The notes beneath the pieces are model-generated. The model saw nothing but the letters and a program-made list of their open reading frames with translations. It ran no database searches and was not told the DNA's origin. A DNA stretch of 45,156 nt, counting the filler, from Catajapyx aquilonaris (Eukaryota): NCBI GenBank assembly GCA_000934665.2. It is 2 parts of 2 records of this genome, joined end to end, with 100 filler letters (N's around TTAATTAATTAA, not from the genome) between each part and the next. Parts side by side here need not be neighbours in the genome. Positions count along the whole stretch, not along the records: positions 22,609 to 45,156 come from JYFJ02005853.1; 1 more part is not named here. One strand, written 5' to 3'. The translations under genes and the position numbers were made by a program. This document shows, in pieces, positions 26,501 to 37,886 of the stretch. How positions within the stretch are numbered: the stretch's first letter is position 1; each line of letters begins with the position of its first letter.

Positions 26501-29500
26501 CTTGTAAATTCTCTCTGCATGATTTTGACTCACTTACCATGGATGAAATATTCGAGATTAAGATTCACAGAAAAATCATCATGATTGTAACTTGATTGGT
26601 GCCAAAGCAGGCATTGGACAGTGGTATTACTGTACTTTCTTTTTCACCTTACGACATAGTGATCGTACTGTACTTTCTTTTTCACCTTACGACATAGTGA
26701 TCGTGGGTAACTTTCACAAGTGTATCCATTTATTTTTGAAATGTCCTTGACTCTTCCCTGCACTCATGTTACCTTCTGAAATATTGCCACTGGGGGAGGT
26801 GTAGATGGTAGATGGTAGATGGTAACGTCTCGGCTTGCTGAGTGAAAGACCCCAGGTTCGATCCCCGCCTGGGGAACTTTCCTTTCACCTGCGTCAGGAT
26901 GGTCTCTGACCTGCACCAAGGAGGTGTCTGGCATCCTAACCGCCTGGGGAACAGCACATGACCCCTTTACCGACATTGCACTTACACCTATGTTCCCTCC
27001 CCAAAAATCCCTACATCCTTACGTCATGTCCTTTCATCCTTGCACCGGAGTTAGAAGAAAAAACAAAAAACCAGAAAATGGTGGTATTCCACCCCCCCTA
27101 TAAAGGCCTATGGCCCTATCACGGGGTAACAAAAAAAAAAAAACATGCCACTGAGGCCAAAAGCACATGCATGCAAGATGTGGTTAATCCCTTGTCATCA
27201 TCATCTTTATCACTACTTTCCTCAAGATCATCTTTGCATAACTATTGGACATAATTTTGTCATTCAGAAATGCTTCACCTCTTTCCTTCTATAATCTATT
27301 TGAGTTTGAACTGAGACTGGCTGCCAAATGGACTGGCAAACAGGACTGAAGCTAAATGGTAGGGAAAATGCTGGTGGAGGTTTGTGAAGCCTCATATGGT
27401 GACCAGTATCTGCTGTTCAGAATCTTAGCATGTCATACACCTCTGTGGCTGTTTTCTTCAAATGGAAGCAAAACCTCAACACTGAACAAAAATTGATGAT
27501 CTAATACTGCAAGCCATTATGGACACTATGTCGCATGTCACTCACGAAAAGTCATGAACTAACTCTCTTGATCACATAAAAAATGAGTCCCAATTTGTTT
27601 TGACTCGCCCTCGCATAAATATAAGGTCACAAACCAGAGCAAAACCCGAATAACAAAGATAAACTGACAGAAAATCACAAAACTTGGCCAAAAGACACAA
27701 AGTGCAAACAAGTATAACTTGCTCTGGACTCTACCCCTTAAAGCTTGATTCTACTTGCACAGTATGTTACCAAATATTTTTGTGGATTTTCATTAGTGAA
27801 ACTAATTATTTTGAACGATTTTGGCCCTTTCAGGAGCACAAAAAATACTCCGGAAAAAGCAAACATGCATCTGAAGGAATAGATCCAGATTAGGCCCAAA
27901 AAGTGCCGAAATTGCTTCGAAAAGTTCAAAACTATCCCAAAAAGGCAAAATTGGGATGAAAAGTTGCAAAAAGACAGAATAGGCAAAATAGTTCCCAAAA
28001 CCAGGAAATTGGCAATTTTAGGCACTATAATACCTACATTTCCCACATCCTAAACTTATGAAATGGATATCTCTTCACAATACCATCCCAACTGCAAAGG
28101 AACTAAATAGGCATTTGCCTAAAAAATCTGGACTCTACTTATGAGTGACAGTGGCCTTGTTTTGGGGACAAATTCTATTTAGGCTTTGAAAGTTATGCAA
28201 CCATGCCTCTGGTCTTGATGGACACTTGTAAACCTTCAAGCTAATAAGTGGCACTGGAACTTGATAGTTATCATTCACATTTAAAATGATTTTATTTTCA
28301 GGGTAAAGGCAAGGGCAAAGGGAAGGGGAAGGGGAAGAGCAGTGGTGCAAGTGAAAATGTCGAGGCCAACCCTGCTGGAAGTGGACCAACCCTGGAGGAG
28401 TGGCCAACTGTTAAGAAGTTGAGCTGCCTTGACGTGTTTGCAGGGTGTGGAGGTTTGTCAGAAGGATTGCACAGCTCTGGAGTAACAGAGACCAAGTGGG
28501 CTATAGAGAAGGAGGATATTGCTGCTCAAGCCTTTCGCCTCAACAATCCCAATGCCATTGTCTTTAGTGATGACTGTAATGAGCTGCTCAAGCTGGTAAT
28601 GGAGGTGAGGCATATTTTCCTGGGATTGAGTTATCCCAGTGACCACTTAAAGTACATAGTTTTGTTGTAGGGAAAGGAGACCAACAGACTACATCAACGG
28701 TTGCCACAGAAGGGGGAAGTGGACCTCATGGTGGGAGGGCCTCCATGTCAGGGATTCAGTGGGATGAATAGGTTTAACACCAAGGAGTACTCAGCTTTCA
28801 AGGTAAGTAAAGCATTAGGAAGTGCTTTTTTTAATACACTGAGATTTCATTAATTTGAAACTCAGGGACACAGAGAATAACTGTTGCATTGCCAATATAG
28901 CAGTTATTCTCTGCTACAAAGGGAACTGTGACAAAATGCATGCATCTTAGGATTTTGGCAACAACAACTTAGCTCTCTCTCGTCAGGGCTTCCCATATTG
29001 TCTGAATGGGTAGCAGGTAGGATAGCACAGTGTCTGGCAGGTATCATGTCCAGGATCAGTACTGTATTACACCTCCACAGTGAATCCTGCCTTATAGAAG
29101 ACCTATGATCAGAAAGTGTATCATGGAAATATGCTGTTCTGGCAGTTAGATAGAATTACTCTGATATATTTGGTAGATGTAGCAGAAAATGTCTGATGCT
29201 GAAATTGACAGCATTTTTAGGTCCTGCAAGAGGATGACCTGTACAGGATTTAATATTGCTTTGAAGCCATTCTACAAAGGATCTGTTGCAGGACTTATTG
29301 TCTCTTGGAAGTGACAATTTTTAGTACGGTAGTTGTTTCTAATAAATGTGGATGAAAAATTAAACTCAGTTTTGTCGTATCCTGTATATGCTGTACTACA
29401 AAAAAATGACAGCAGCATGTAAGAAAGAAGGAAAGGGGCCCATTTAATTCGGCTTTTGAGTAAGTTCAATTTTCTCTCTCTCTGATTTCAGAACTCCCTG

Positions 29501-32500
29501 ATTGTGTCATACCTGAGTTATTGTGACTACTATCGCCCCCGCTTTTTTATCCTGGAGAATGTACGGAACTTTGTAGCCTTCAAGAATGGTATGGTCCTGA
29601 AGCTGACACTGAGGTGCTTGCTCAAAATGGGGTACCAGTGTGCATTTGGAATCCTACAAGCTGGACATTTTGGTGTACCCCAGACAAGGCGCAGGTAGAG
29701 TACTTTGGTCCAGTTCCACTCTCATGTGTTTGAATCTCAGGTTCTGAAACCCAAGGCTTGAGTATAACACCAGGACCTACAAGAAAGTGTTGTGGCACGG
29801 CACAGTGGGTGTAACAATGAGTTATGGCAGAAACTAGGCAGTGGGTATGTGGGGTGGAAATGAGAAAGCTGCTGCACTGGTGCAAGTATGCCTATGATAA
29901 CAAACCTGGATGTGAGATCTTGATGTTGAGAAACAGGTTGAGAGAGGGAAATGTTGGCACTGTACAGTGTTGGACAATAATCGCGTCGTACTGCTAGCGA
30001 CATTTTCCAAAGCGACAGAAGATGGAATCTTGCTTGGACGGCTTTTGCTCCATTGCTTCGATTAGTTTTTCTGCTGCTTCGGAAAATGTCGCTAGCAGTG
30101 CGACACGATAAATGTTCAACACTGTGCAGTACCTACTTTGCCAACCAACTCAATTTATTTGCAAGTGAAATACAGTGCAGCATGTAAGAATAATTGCTTA
30201 CCATCTGACCCAAATCATTATTGGTACAAGGTGTGTTCATATGAAACATAAAGTGAGGCAATATCTCAGGAGGTACAAGTATTTGTCTCAGCTGAGTGCT
30301 AGTGGTATCTCTGAGTAGGTACTTGCATGGCTTATTTTCATGCAGAGTAGTCTGAATGCATTTAATGGGCAGGAGAGCATTTTATGCAACCCTGTGGTAG
30401 GAATTCGTAGTGTTTTGGTCAATCCAGCGAGTATGATAGTTTAATGTGACTTATTTTCTAGGGCAATCATTTTCGCCGCAGCTCCTGGAGAGAAATTGCC
30501 AGCCTTCCCTGAGCCACAGCACTGCTTCAATCCCAGGGCATGTCAACTCACCATCATGGTTGATGAAAAGAAGGTACTCAGGTTATTGAATGTGGTTTAG
30601 GTGTTGTAGCTGGTTGCAAGTTTTGCTTTGAGAGTGGAGTCTTATGACTTGGAAACATTCTTTAGGAATACATTGAATATTTAGCTTTTAATTCTATGCA
30701 TTGGTTATGTAAGTAACATAAATTATACACCTCTTATTGTGACTATCTTCTAAATGTTATCATCTCTTTTTCGGCAGTATGACAGTGGATGCAAATGGGC
30801 TGAATCAGCACCATACCGGAAAGTGACTGTTCGTGATAGTTTGGCTGACCTGCCCCCCATAGCAAGCGGGGCCAAGGCTGATATTATATCATATGGTGGC
30901 GAGCCAATTTCCAACATTCAGAGACTGGTATGTCAGTAGATATAGCAGCTTGACGTAATACAGGTTGAGAATCCTTTATCTGGAATTCCAAAATCGAAAA
31001 GCGCCAAAATCCTAAAGCTTTTTGAGTGCTAACATGACGCGCCACAATGGAACCTTCCATGTGAATGTAACGTGACTAGCATCAGTACCTGTATCTGCAT
31101 GTATGGGTGATTCTCCAAAAACTTACCAATACCATGTCCCGGCATAATGACTCAAAAATGGCTTGACTGAGAGAGTTGATTTTTTAAACATTTGTAGAAG
31201 CAGTTGACACCTAGCCATCCCCATGAAAACAAAGAAAAATATTAAATTACGTTTTACTGCAAGAAATGTCTAAGGGCCTTAAATCACTATTCTTGGCATG
31301 TCCCGATCTCATTTTAAAGCATGCTATATTTTCTTATAATTTTATCATTAACATCAGACAAGTTTCAATACTATAATTAAATTGTAAATAGTTGAAGGTA
31401 TAAAACAACATTTTTAAAACGATTTATTCATTTGATGTGACCTTGCTGCATCACTCCAAAGTGTGTCCCGAGTTTTCCTGGAAATAAAAAGTTCACACTC
31501 CTGGCTCATTTTTCCATGTCACAAAATAGCTTAAATGTTTTGAAATAACTGTGATTATGGCATGAAGGGTCTTCTTGAACCCACAGAAATTCCCAGAGTC
31601 AACGTTTGTTCTGGACCGTGATATCCTAATGCATCCAAAGGCCATTCTTCTGGCTCCCGAACTCCTGGAAATAATATTCACTCTCCTGGCATTAGAATAT
31701 CAGAGTTAGTTCTCCATATTTTTCCCTGATTTGTGACCTCATATAGAGTAAGAGAGAATTTTTCAAGATTTTTAAAACAAGTTTTGAAATTCATTAATTC
31801 TTGCTTTGAAAATGGTAAGTTTTGGAGAATCACCCGTATACCAAATTGTTAAAAATTTGTATAAAACTACCGTCACGGTTTATGCGTAATCTGTTTTATG
31901 AAATGTAAATGGGCATCGTGTTTAAGCTCAAGATGTAAATGCAGTATTCCAAAATTAGAAAAAGTCCAAATTCTGAAACACTTCCAGTCCCAAGCATTTT
32001 GGATAAAAGATTCTCAACCTGTATTAACTCTTGTCTTTAGGAAATTACTGCTGCTGCAGCTAGTACTGGAGGGGAAAATATAGTACTAATATTGCTGCTC
32101 CAATATGAATATGCACTGGTGAATGCCACAGAATTGATCTTGGAATTCTGGTACAGTGCTGGACACCCTACTGCTAGCAACATTTTCCTGTGCGGCAGAA
32201 GTGCAAAGCGAAGTGATGAATTGCAAACTGTATGAGTATGAGCGTGAGCCTTGGGTGATGTCACCAGCTGAGGCCAATGGAGAAGAAAACTTGTCCCCAG
32301 CTGGTGACGTCACCCAAAGCCTACCATTTCTTACTCGCACGGTTCGCACTCCATGACTTAGCCTAGCACTTCTGCGGCATCGGAAAATGCCGCTACCAGT
32401 ACGATGGAATTTACATCCAGCACTGTACTCACAGTCATATCAATGTTTGACAGTCCTCACAGTATCTTTATCTGACCCCTTATCCAAACCGAAATGTGAT

Positions 32501-34806
32501 AATTTATGAAGATGAACCGTTGTATAGTTGTATGTGAGAAAGGACAGAAAATAATTTGACCAAAATGTATGAGCTCTCTGAATCCACTCACATAACAGCA
32601 AAAATGTCACTCCATGACGTCAATTGGTGGATTATAGCAGCCTTACATTGTCTATTTTGGATTGGGATATTTGGAGGATTGGGATGAGTTGGTGGATCAA
32701 GAACGGCCCAAAGAAGTTAGTTCACATTTACATTGTGGAGAGGACCCATTAATTTTCCACTGCTAATTCAGTGGAAAACCTTTTTGACTGAAACAGCAGG
32801 TGCAGCTCTGGATGTTGGCCTCATGGAGTAGGTGCTAAAGTCACAGATTTGGCACTCTTGTGCATAAGGGGAAATAGTGATGAATACAAAATGTTCAATC
32901 ATGGGGCATAGAAATGATGGGGCTTAAAGAGCAGGTGGAATAACTTCAGAAAGAAATAATTGATGCCAGTGTATAGAATCCGTGTGAACTGTCAGGAGAG
33001 CTGCAACAGAATGGTACACCTCAGAGACAGTATGAAAAGCTGTAGGTTATTCTGACATGATGATATTTCACAGATCCGTGGTAAGCAGGCTCAGCCATTG
33101 CTCTATGACCACGTCTGCAAGGACATGGGGGAACTCATTGAGGCCCGCATAGCGCACGTTCCAACATCAGGAGGATCAGACTGGCGGGACCTCCCAAACC
33201 TTGAAGTCAGAGATCGCTCCAACAATGTCATAGCCAAGAAGCTGTAAGTTTTGCACTTATTTGCCTCCACTAGCTGCATGTCTGAGTAAAACTAGTTCAC
33301 TCAGTAATCTCGTACACCCGAGAGGAATCAGCCATGCAGGATAGATCTTGGGGTAATATTCCTGATTTACTTAGGCTGTTTTAAATTGTACATATTAATT
33401 AAATTCTTACTGCTACATGTCTGCAGATATTCTTTTCTAGAAAAGGTGTTGGTGAGATTTACAGTACCATAAGTTACAGGGTGTGTGAAATTATTGACTC
33501 CACCAGATTGCATGGCCATTCTAGAATGGCGGGAATTTCTTGAGTCTCATATTATTTGAGAATTAGAAAGTAGTCCTTGTCAGTACATGGGTTTTCAGCA
33601 TTGCTGATGATATATCATGTCCAAGGCCTTTGAAGACAGGTCTGGCAACTGGCAACGCAATTGGGTGCCAGTGTTGAAGCTGGCATGGTGGCCGTAAGGT
33701 GTCTGATTTCAGACTAGAACCTACTATCCTTTTATTTAATATAGACCCCTGTGTTTTACTTGAAACAACTCCAGTTATCGCTTGGTTACTTTCACATAAC
33801 CCAGAATTCTATGTGCAGGAGGACAAAAGACTTGGTATAATGGTAGACCATAGATATCTATGTGGTGGACAAGTATTTGAACTAACTTGGTGATTACACT
33901 GTGAGTCATGACATTCACTATACCTTGTGTATATACCGTGTGATTAGTGCTTATGCTATTGAAACTTAAAAGGAGAAGGAAAGGTTTTAGCTTACTATCT
34001 GGACACCCTTCACAAGTACATGTGGGATTTTTATGTAATTTTTTTTAATTCAATATTTTCAAACTGCAGACAACAAGTGCTCACTACTGCACTCATTTGC
34101 TATGATTTTTTGATGATAATGAAAATCTCTTTTTTATATACCAGGATATACTCATACAATGACGCAAAGAGTGGGAAGTCAAGTACTGGTGCCTTACGTG
34201 GTGTGTGCCGTTGTGCAATAGGTGGAAAGGCTGGCTGTATTGCATCTGATCGCCAGGACAACACCCTGATTCCGTGGTGCTTGCCCCACACTGGACACAG
34301 GCACAACAATTGGGCTGGACTCTATGGCAGGCTTTCTTGGGATGGCTACTTTAGTACCACCACTACAAATCCAGAACCTCTTGGAAAGCAGGTTAGAACT
34401 CACTTATACCCTGCATGTTACTTCAAGGTCACTAATTATTCAACATTATTGCAGTGACGACAAAGAAAGTGTCAGTGCCATGTATTGTGGATATGTGACC
34501 TATTAAGGCCAATTTATTGATCCTGTGTGTGTAGTGAATTTTACAAACTGCCAGAATTTCAATGGTTTTATTTGCATGTGATTAATTTTGCAGGGTTTGG
34601 TTTTGCATCCAGAGCAGCACCGCGTGGTGAGCGTCCGTGAGTGTGCCCGTTCACAGGGCTTCCCCGATACTTACCGCTATGCTGGGAACATCCTTGATAA
34701 GCATCGACAGGTTGGAAATGCAGTGCCTCCACCTATGGGGACAGCTCTTGGATACGAAATCCTCAAGTGCCTCAGACCAGAAGAGCACCTTGTCAATGGA
34801 AATTAG
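23589..34806 (+). CDS. DNMT1: DNA (cytosine-5)-methyltransferase 1, 5'-partial (BAH1, BAH2, GK linker, catalytic domain with TRD; about 821 aa visible)
   Basis: 13 GT-AG exons splice in frame: 23589-23795, 23857-24016, 24752-24976, 25688-25841, 25921-26111, 28302-28604, 28671-28802, 29492-29694, 30462-30573, 30778-30927, 33074-33243, 34145-34391, 34594-34806 (TAG). Motifs: [21 protein letters not shown], (GK)7, [13 protein letters not shown] (I), [14 protein letters not shown] (IV, catalytic Cys), ILENVRNF (VI), QTRRR (VIII), [29 protein letters not shown] (IX), QVGNAVPP (X). Confidence 0.97.
25158..25631. mobile_element. PIF/Harbinger-type MITE in a DNMT1 intron
   Basis: TIRs of about 35 bp (AAGCTGGTATCCACGTAAGAGCTTCTCTTATAAGAG / CTCGTATAAGAGAAACTCTTACGTCGATACCGGCCT) flanked by TTA on both sides. 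Confidence 0.75.
26628..26703. repeat. Perfect 38-bp tandem duplication
   Basis: TACTGTACTTTCTTTTTCACCTTACGACATAGTGATCG at 26628-26665 and 26666-26703. Confidence 0.95.
26792..27000 (+). mobile_element. tRNA-derived SINE-like element
   Basis: Pol III B box GGTTCGATCCC (26855-26865), preceded by an A-box-like GTAGATG repeat and a tRNA-like anticodon arm. No complete acceptor stem. 3' boundary approximate. Confidence 0.55.
29965..30124. mobile_element. MITE, CAGTGYTGGA family, copy 1
   Basis: TA|CAGTGTTGGACA..TCGCGTCGTACTGCTAGCGACATTTTCC ... GGAAAATGTCGCTAGCAGTGCGACACGA..TGTTCAACACTG; long imperfect TIRs. Confidence 0.8.
30961..32021. mobile_element. pogo/Tigger-type non-autonomous element (Tigger4/MER46-like), interrupted by a nested MITE
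   Basis: TA|CAGGTTGAGAATCCTTTATC ... GATAAAAGATTCTCAACCTG|TA. Subterminal sequence resembles the mammalian Tigger4/MER46 consensus as I recall it. Confidence 0.8.
31104..31836. mobile_element. Nested Tc1/mariner-type MITE
   Basis: TA|TGGGTGATTCTCCAAAAACTTACCA ... TGGTAAGTTTTGGAGAATCACCCG|TA. Confidence 0.82.
32154..32425. mobile_element. MITE, CAGTGYTGGA family, copy 2
   Basis: TA|CAGTGCTGGA..TACTGCTAGCAACATTTTCC ... GGAAAATGCCGCTACCAGTA..TCCAGCACTG|TA; shares TIR sequence with 29965-30124. Confidence 0.8.
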
Positions 34807-35055
34807 GATTTCTGATTTTGACAGTGAAGGCTGGCCCCATCATGTCAATATCCACCGTCTTATATTAAGTTGACCCATGATTATAATCAAATTTTATGCA
34901 TTATGACGACACTTACTTGGAGGATATGTTCCTAATATAAACGGCTCTTGAGTGAGTGATGAAAAAAAATGTATTCAGATGCACGTTGAGAATGGTTAAT
35001 AAGTTGCATGTCATGTCACATTTTTACCTTTTAATAAGACATTTGCTACTACAAC

Positions 35056-35078
35056 AATAAAGGTTTTACAAGAATAAA
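35056..35078 (+). terminator. Candidate DNMT1 polyadenylation signals
   Basis: AATAAA at 35056-35061 and 35073-35078, followed by T/GT-rich sequence, about 250 nt after the stop codon. Confidence 0.6.
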
Positions 35079-35127
35079 TGTATGTATATTTTTAGTGGAA
35101 TGTATGCGAATACGTTTTCACGGAACA

Positions 35128-35846
35128 TTATAGCCTCTGCTGGGCCTGCGAGTGAGTCTCTTCACCTTGACCTTGGGATTTGCCTTCCATAATTTCTTGC
35201 CTAACTTCCTTGCTTGACTGCAGCAGTTCTTTCAGCTCAGCGTGAATTTTGTCATTATGTTGCTCAATAGCGTCCAGGGCTGCATGCAGTTCATCCAGTT
35301 GGGAATCTAGGGCATCAAAATCTGTAACAGGTCAACAGTACTGTACACCACGAACAGTTAACATTGTGTAGCTGCAACTACTAGAGTATGTAACAGTTAA
35401 ATGTGTGGTCAACACTTCTCAACTACAGTTGTGTGAAGAAACATCCAACAGGCTACTGGCCACATACAGTACTATCCTTCACTTTTTAAATACATTGTAT
35501 TCATCCTATATATTATATTGCAGTAGATGTTTCGTGTAGTTTATTTTTAATTAACACATTTTAATATTATTTTGTGCCATTACGACGCTTTTCATTGGGA
35601 ATGTGTTGTTCCCTTTGAGTAACTGACTGGGACGTATTGCTCCTGCCTTCGCATAAAGGGCAAACAGTGTGCAGAATGTAATTAGATGCGTAGTTACAAC
35701 TCATGACAGTACGTACAATGAGCGGTACCTTCATCCGCGATTTCTTCCTCGTCCTCGTCGACGTCGTCGTCCGCAGCATCCATAGGGACGTCCTCTCCCT
35801 GCCCACCTCCGTTCAGCGGCTCCCCTCGGCCCTTCTGGTCCACCAT
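35128..35846 (-). CDS. BBLN: Bublin / UPF0184 (C9orf16-like) small coiled-coil protein, 103 aa
   Basis: Exon 1 35846-35729 (MVDQKG...DDDVDEDEEEIADE, donor G|GTACC). Exon 2 35321-35128 (acceptor TTACAG; DFDALDSQLDELHAALDAIEQHNDKIHAELKELLQSSKEVRQEI...RL*). The acidic N-terminus plus LDxLxxxLDxxExxNDxxHAxLxELLxS matches UPF0184. Confidence 0.88.
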
Positions 35847-35849
35847 AAC

Positions 35850-36395
35850 TGACCCTACGACTCTCAAATCCCCCACAACAATGGCTCAACCTTCACCCTT
35901 TTTATTGACTTCAAACAGGAGAGCTGAGAGATATCGTCTGCTCCTGACGATCCGGCAACGCCGCACTCCTGTGACTTCCCAAGGTGGCCAGACGAATCTG
36001 CTCCATCGACCCACGCCACACCTGGCAACCCTTACGTCACTTCTCTGCGCAGATCAATCATGCCCCAATTACCCAGGTGTCATCGGTGATTTGCGGATAG
36101 TTCCGCCTCCTTCCGTTAATCCCATTCCCGTGTTGAAGGAGGGCGCTGCTGTAGTCCACCTATCAGCGAGGAGCCGAACCTCTCGTTGATCAGTACGAAG
36201 GGGCTAGAGTCGTGGTCTGACAGTTTCATCCTGGCCATCGCTCCTCCCCCTCCTTATTTGTCCCTGGAAGAGTCTTCCGCCCGCCCGCCCCCCAGTTCTC
36301 CTCCCTCCCTTTGTCCTGTGAGAAGGTTGGCGTCCGTCCGTTGTGCGGAGGAAGAGCATCGAGCGCAGCCAGGTCGTCCTGCTCTTTGGGTGAGT
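35850..36395. promoter_or_regulatory. CpG-rich divergent promoter region for BBLN and UAP56, with probable UAP56 non-coding exon 1
   Basis: CpG-rich stretch between head-to-head genes. CRE-like TTACGTCA at 36032-36039, pyrimidine tract with TCT-like CCCTTT near 36307, and a strong donor GTGAGT at 36390. Matching acceptor TTCTGCAG ends at 38699, just upstream of the ATG. Confidence 0.55.
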
Positions 36396-37886
36396 CCGCA
36401 ATCTGACCCTATCGGGGGTCATCCGGCCCCGGGTCCTGCCCCGATCTGTGTCCACGGGTGGAGAGGGACGGGGAGGAACCGGTCGCTGATAGAAATACAG
36501 GGGGGGGAAGGCTTGGCCGCCCGGCCAGGCCCGGCTTATGGCTTGGTTCCAAGCTACTAACATGGCTGTGGGGCGATTGGGGAGGGGAAGGTGGGAGCCT
36601 TGCGCCGAACACTGAGCAGTGTGTGGCCGTCCAGGCCCCGCTTCCCACGAATATGTTGTAGGGGGGATCCGCATTAGCTCTCAGACACGCTGCATTTCAT
36701 ACTAGGCCTGACCATACGTGCCATACGTACGACTCGCGCACGGTGTTGCTGGGCCACCCACATCCTGCGCACTCATTTGTGGGGTGGCCCTGAAGTATTG
36801 TTATTTGCACGTCCTGTCCAAGAGTGCAACACCTTCAGCCTGGTAGGGGCGTGCCATGCTTTCGTGAGATGCGTAGGGAAGGGAGGTCTTGGGAAAAGAG
36901 TGCAGCCTTGCACCAAGTTATGACCATTAATCACTAGTGCACTTTCGCAGAATGCACCCATGTTTGTTATGAAGCCACCTACCCCCTAGGGGCCTAGGCG
37001 TTCCTGGCAGGCTGTCTTGGGTGTTTGCTCCCCCTTGCTACTTGTTCTTCACATCTTGGGTATTTTGCAGAGAAGAGGTGACCTGATGACCACCAGGTCC
37101 CGTAGTCCCACTTTATGCTGGCATCATCTGTATGGCTATGGAGTGACCACACCGGTGCAAATGTCTTGTACCGTGCCAGGCATGGTTGATGATTTTGCAA
37201 GCATTAGCGAGCTGGGTGCTTGTGAGTTGTGTATCTGCACCATTTACAGCCCGTCTATTTTTTCTGCTTTGCAGACTAACATGCTATGGGGCTGGCCAGA
37301 GCACTAACCGCATGGTGGCGTTAGTGGGCAATTGTGTGTAGCATTCTATCGATCATGAACTATTACATGTAAAATATCTGCTCTNTATTGCCCAGCCTGC
37401 TATGTGCTTGCATGTGACAGACTGTGCCTGTCAGGCCCACATGATTGACAGTACTGGTCACACCAATGCTACACAAATCACCATCTCTCTGCCCGGAAGC
37501 ACAAAAATTAATTTCCACCGTTGCTTTCTTTTCCACCATGCCAGCACGGCATAGCAGGAAGGAGGCTTCACCAACAAAAAGGAGGGAGGGCCATTGCGCA
37601 AACACCCACTAGTGGCGTCCAGGAAATTAATGCTAATTGTGCAGACTAACTGGCGAATGAATTCAGAAAATATATTAATTTTAATAAGGACATATACATA
37701 CTTGAAACTTGCAATTAGGAGTAAATATAATTTTTGCGAAGGAAAAACCAGCTGGAAGCGATGTTTGACGCTGGGTTAGAAAACACTTTATTTGTTCAGC
37801 TACTCCCAAGACAGGGATAGGAGGAAATCACAGCACTTGTGCTGGGGCCTGGGCCCAATTTACGTTGGTGGCATCTCTTTGTTATA

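Noticed and set aside
26792..26875. tRNA gene
   Set aside because: A B box is present, but the D-arm region is a GTAGATG repeat and there is no acceptor stem; better explained as a SINE head.
23589..34806. C5-methyltransferase next to a helicase and a nucleoside hydrolase, read as a restriction-modification or defence-like system
   Set aside because: All are spliced eukaryotic housekeeping genes on alternating strands; nothing in the sequence links their functions.
36186..36674. 124-156 aa ORFs on both strands
   Set aside because: Pro/Arg/Gly-rich by-products of the GC-rich promoter and 5'UTR region, with no recognisable domain.
37179..37285. TTGATGA...CTAA flanked by a GCATG/CATGC stem
   Set aside because: The D box lacks the G needed for the k-turn; no guide identified.
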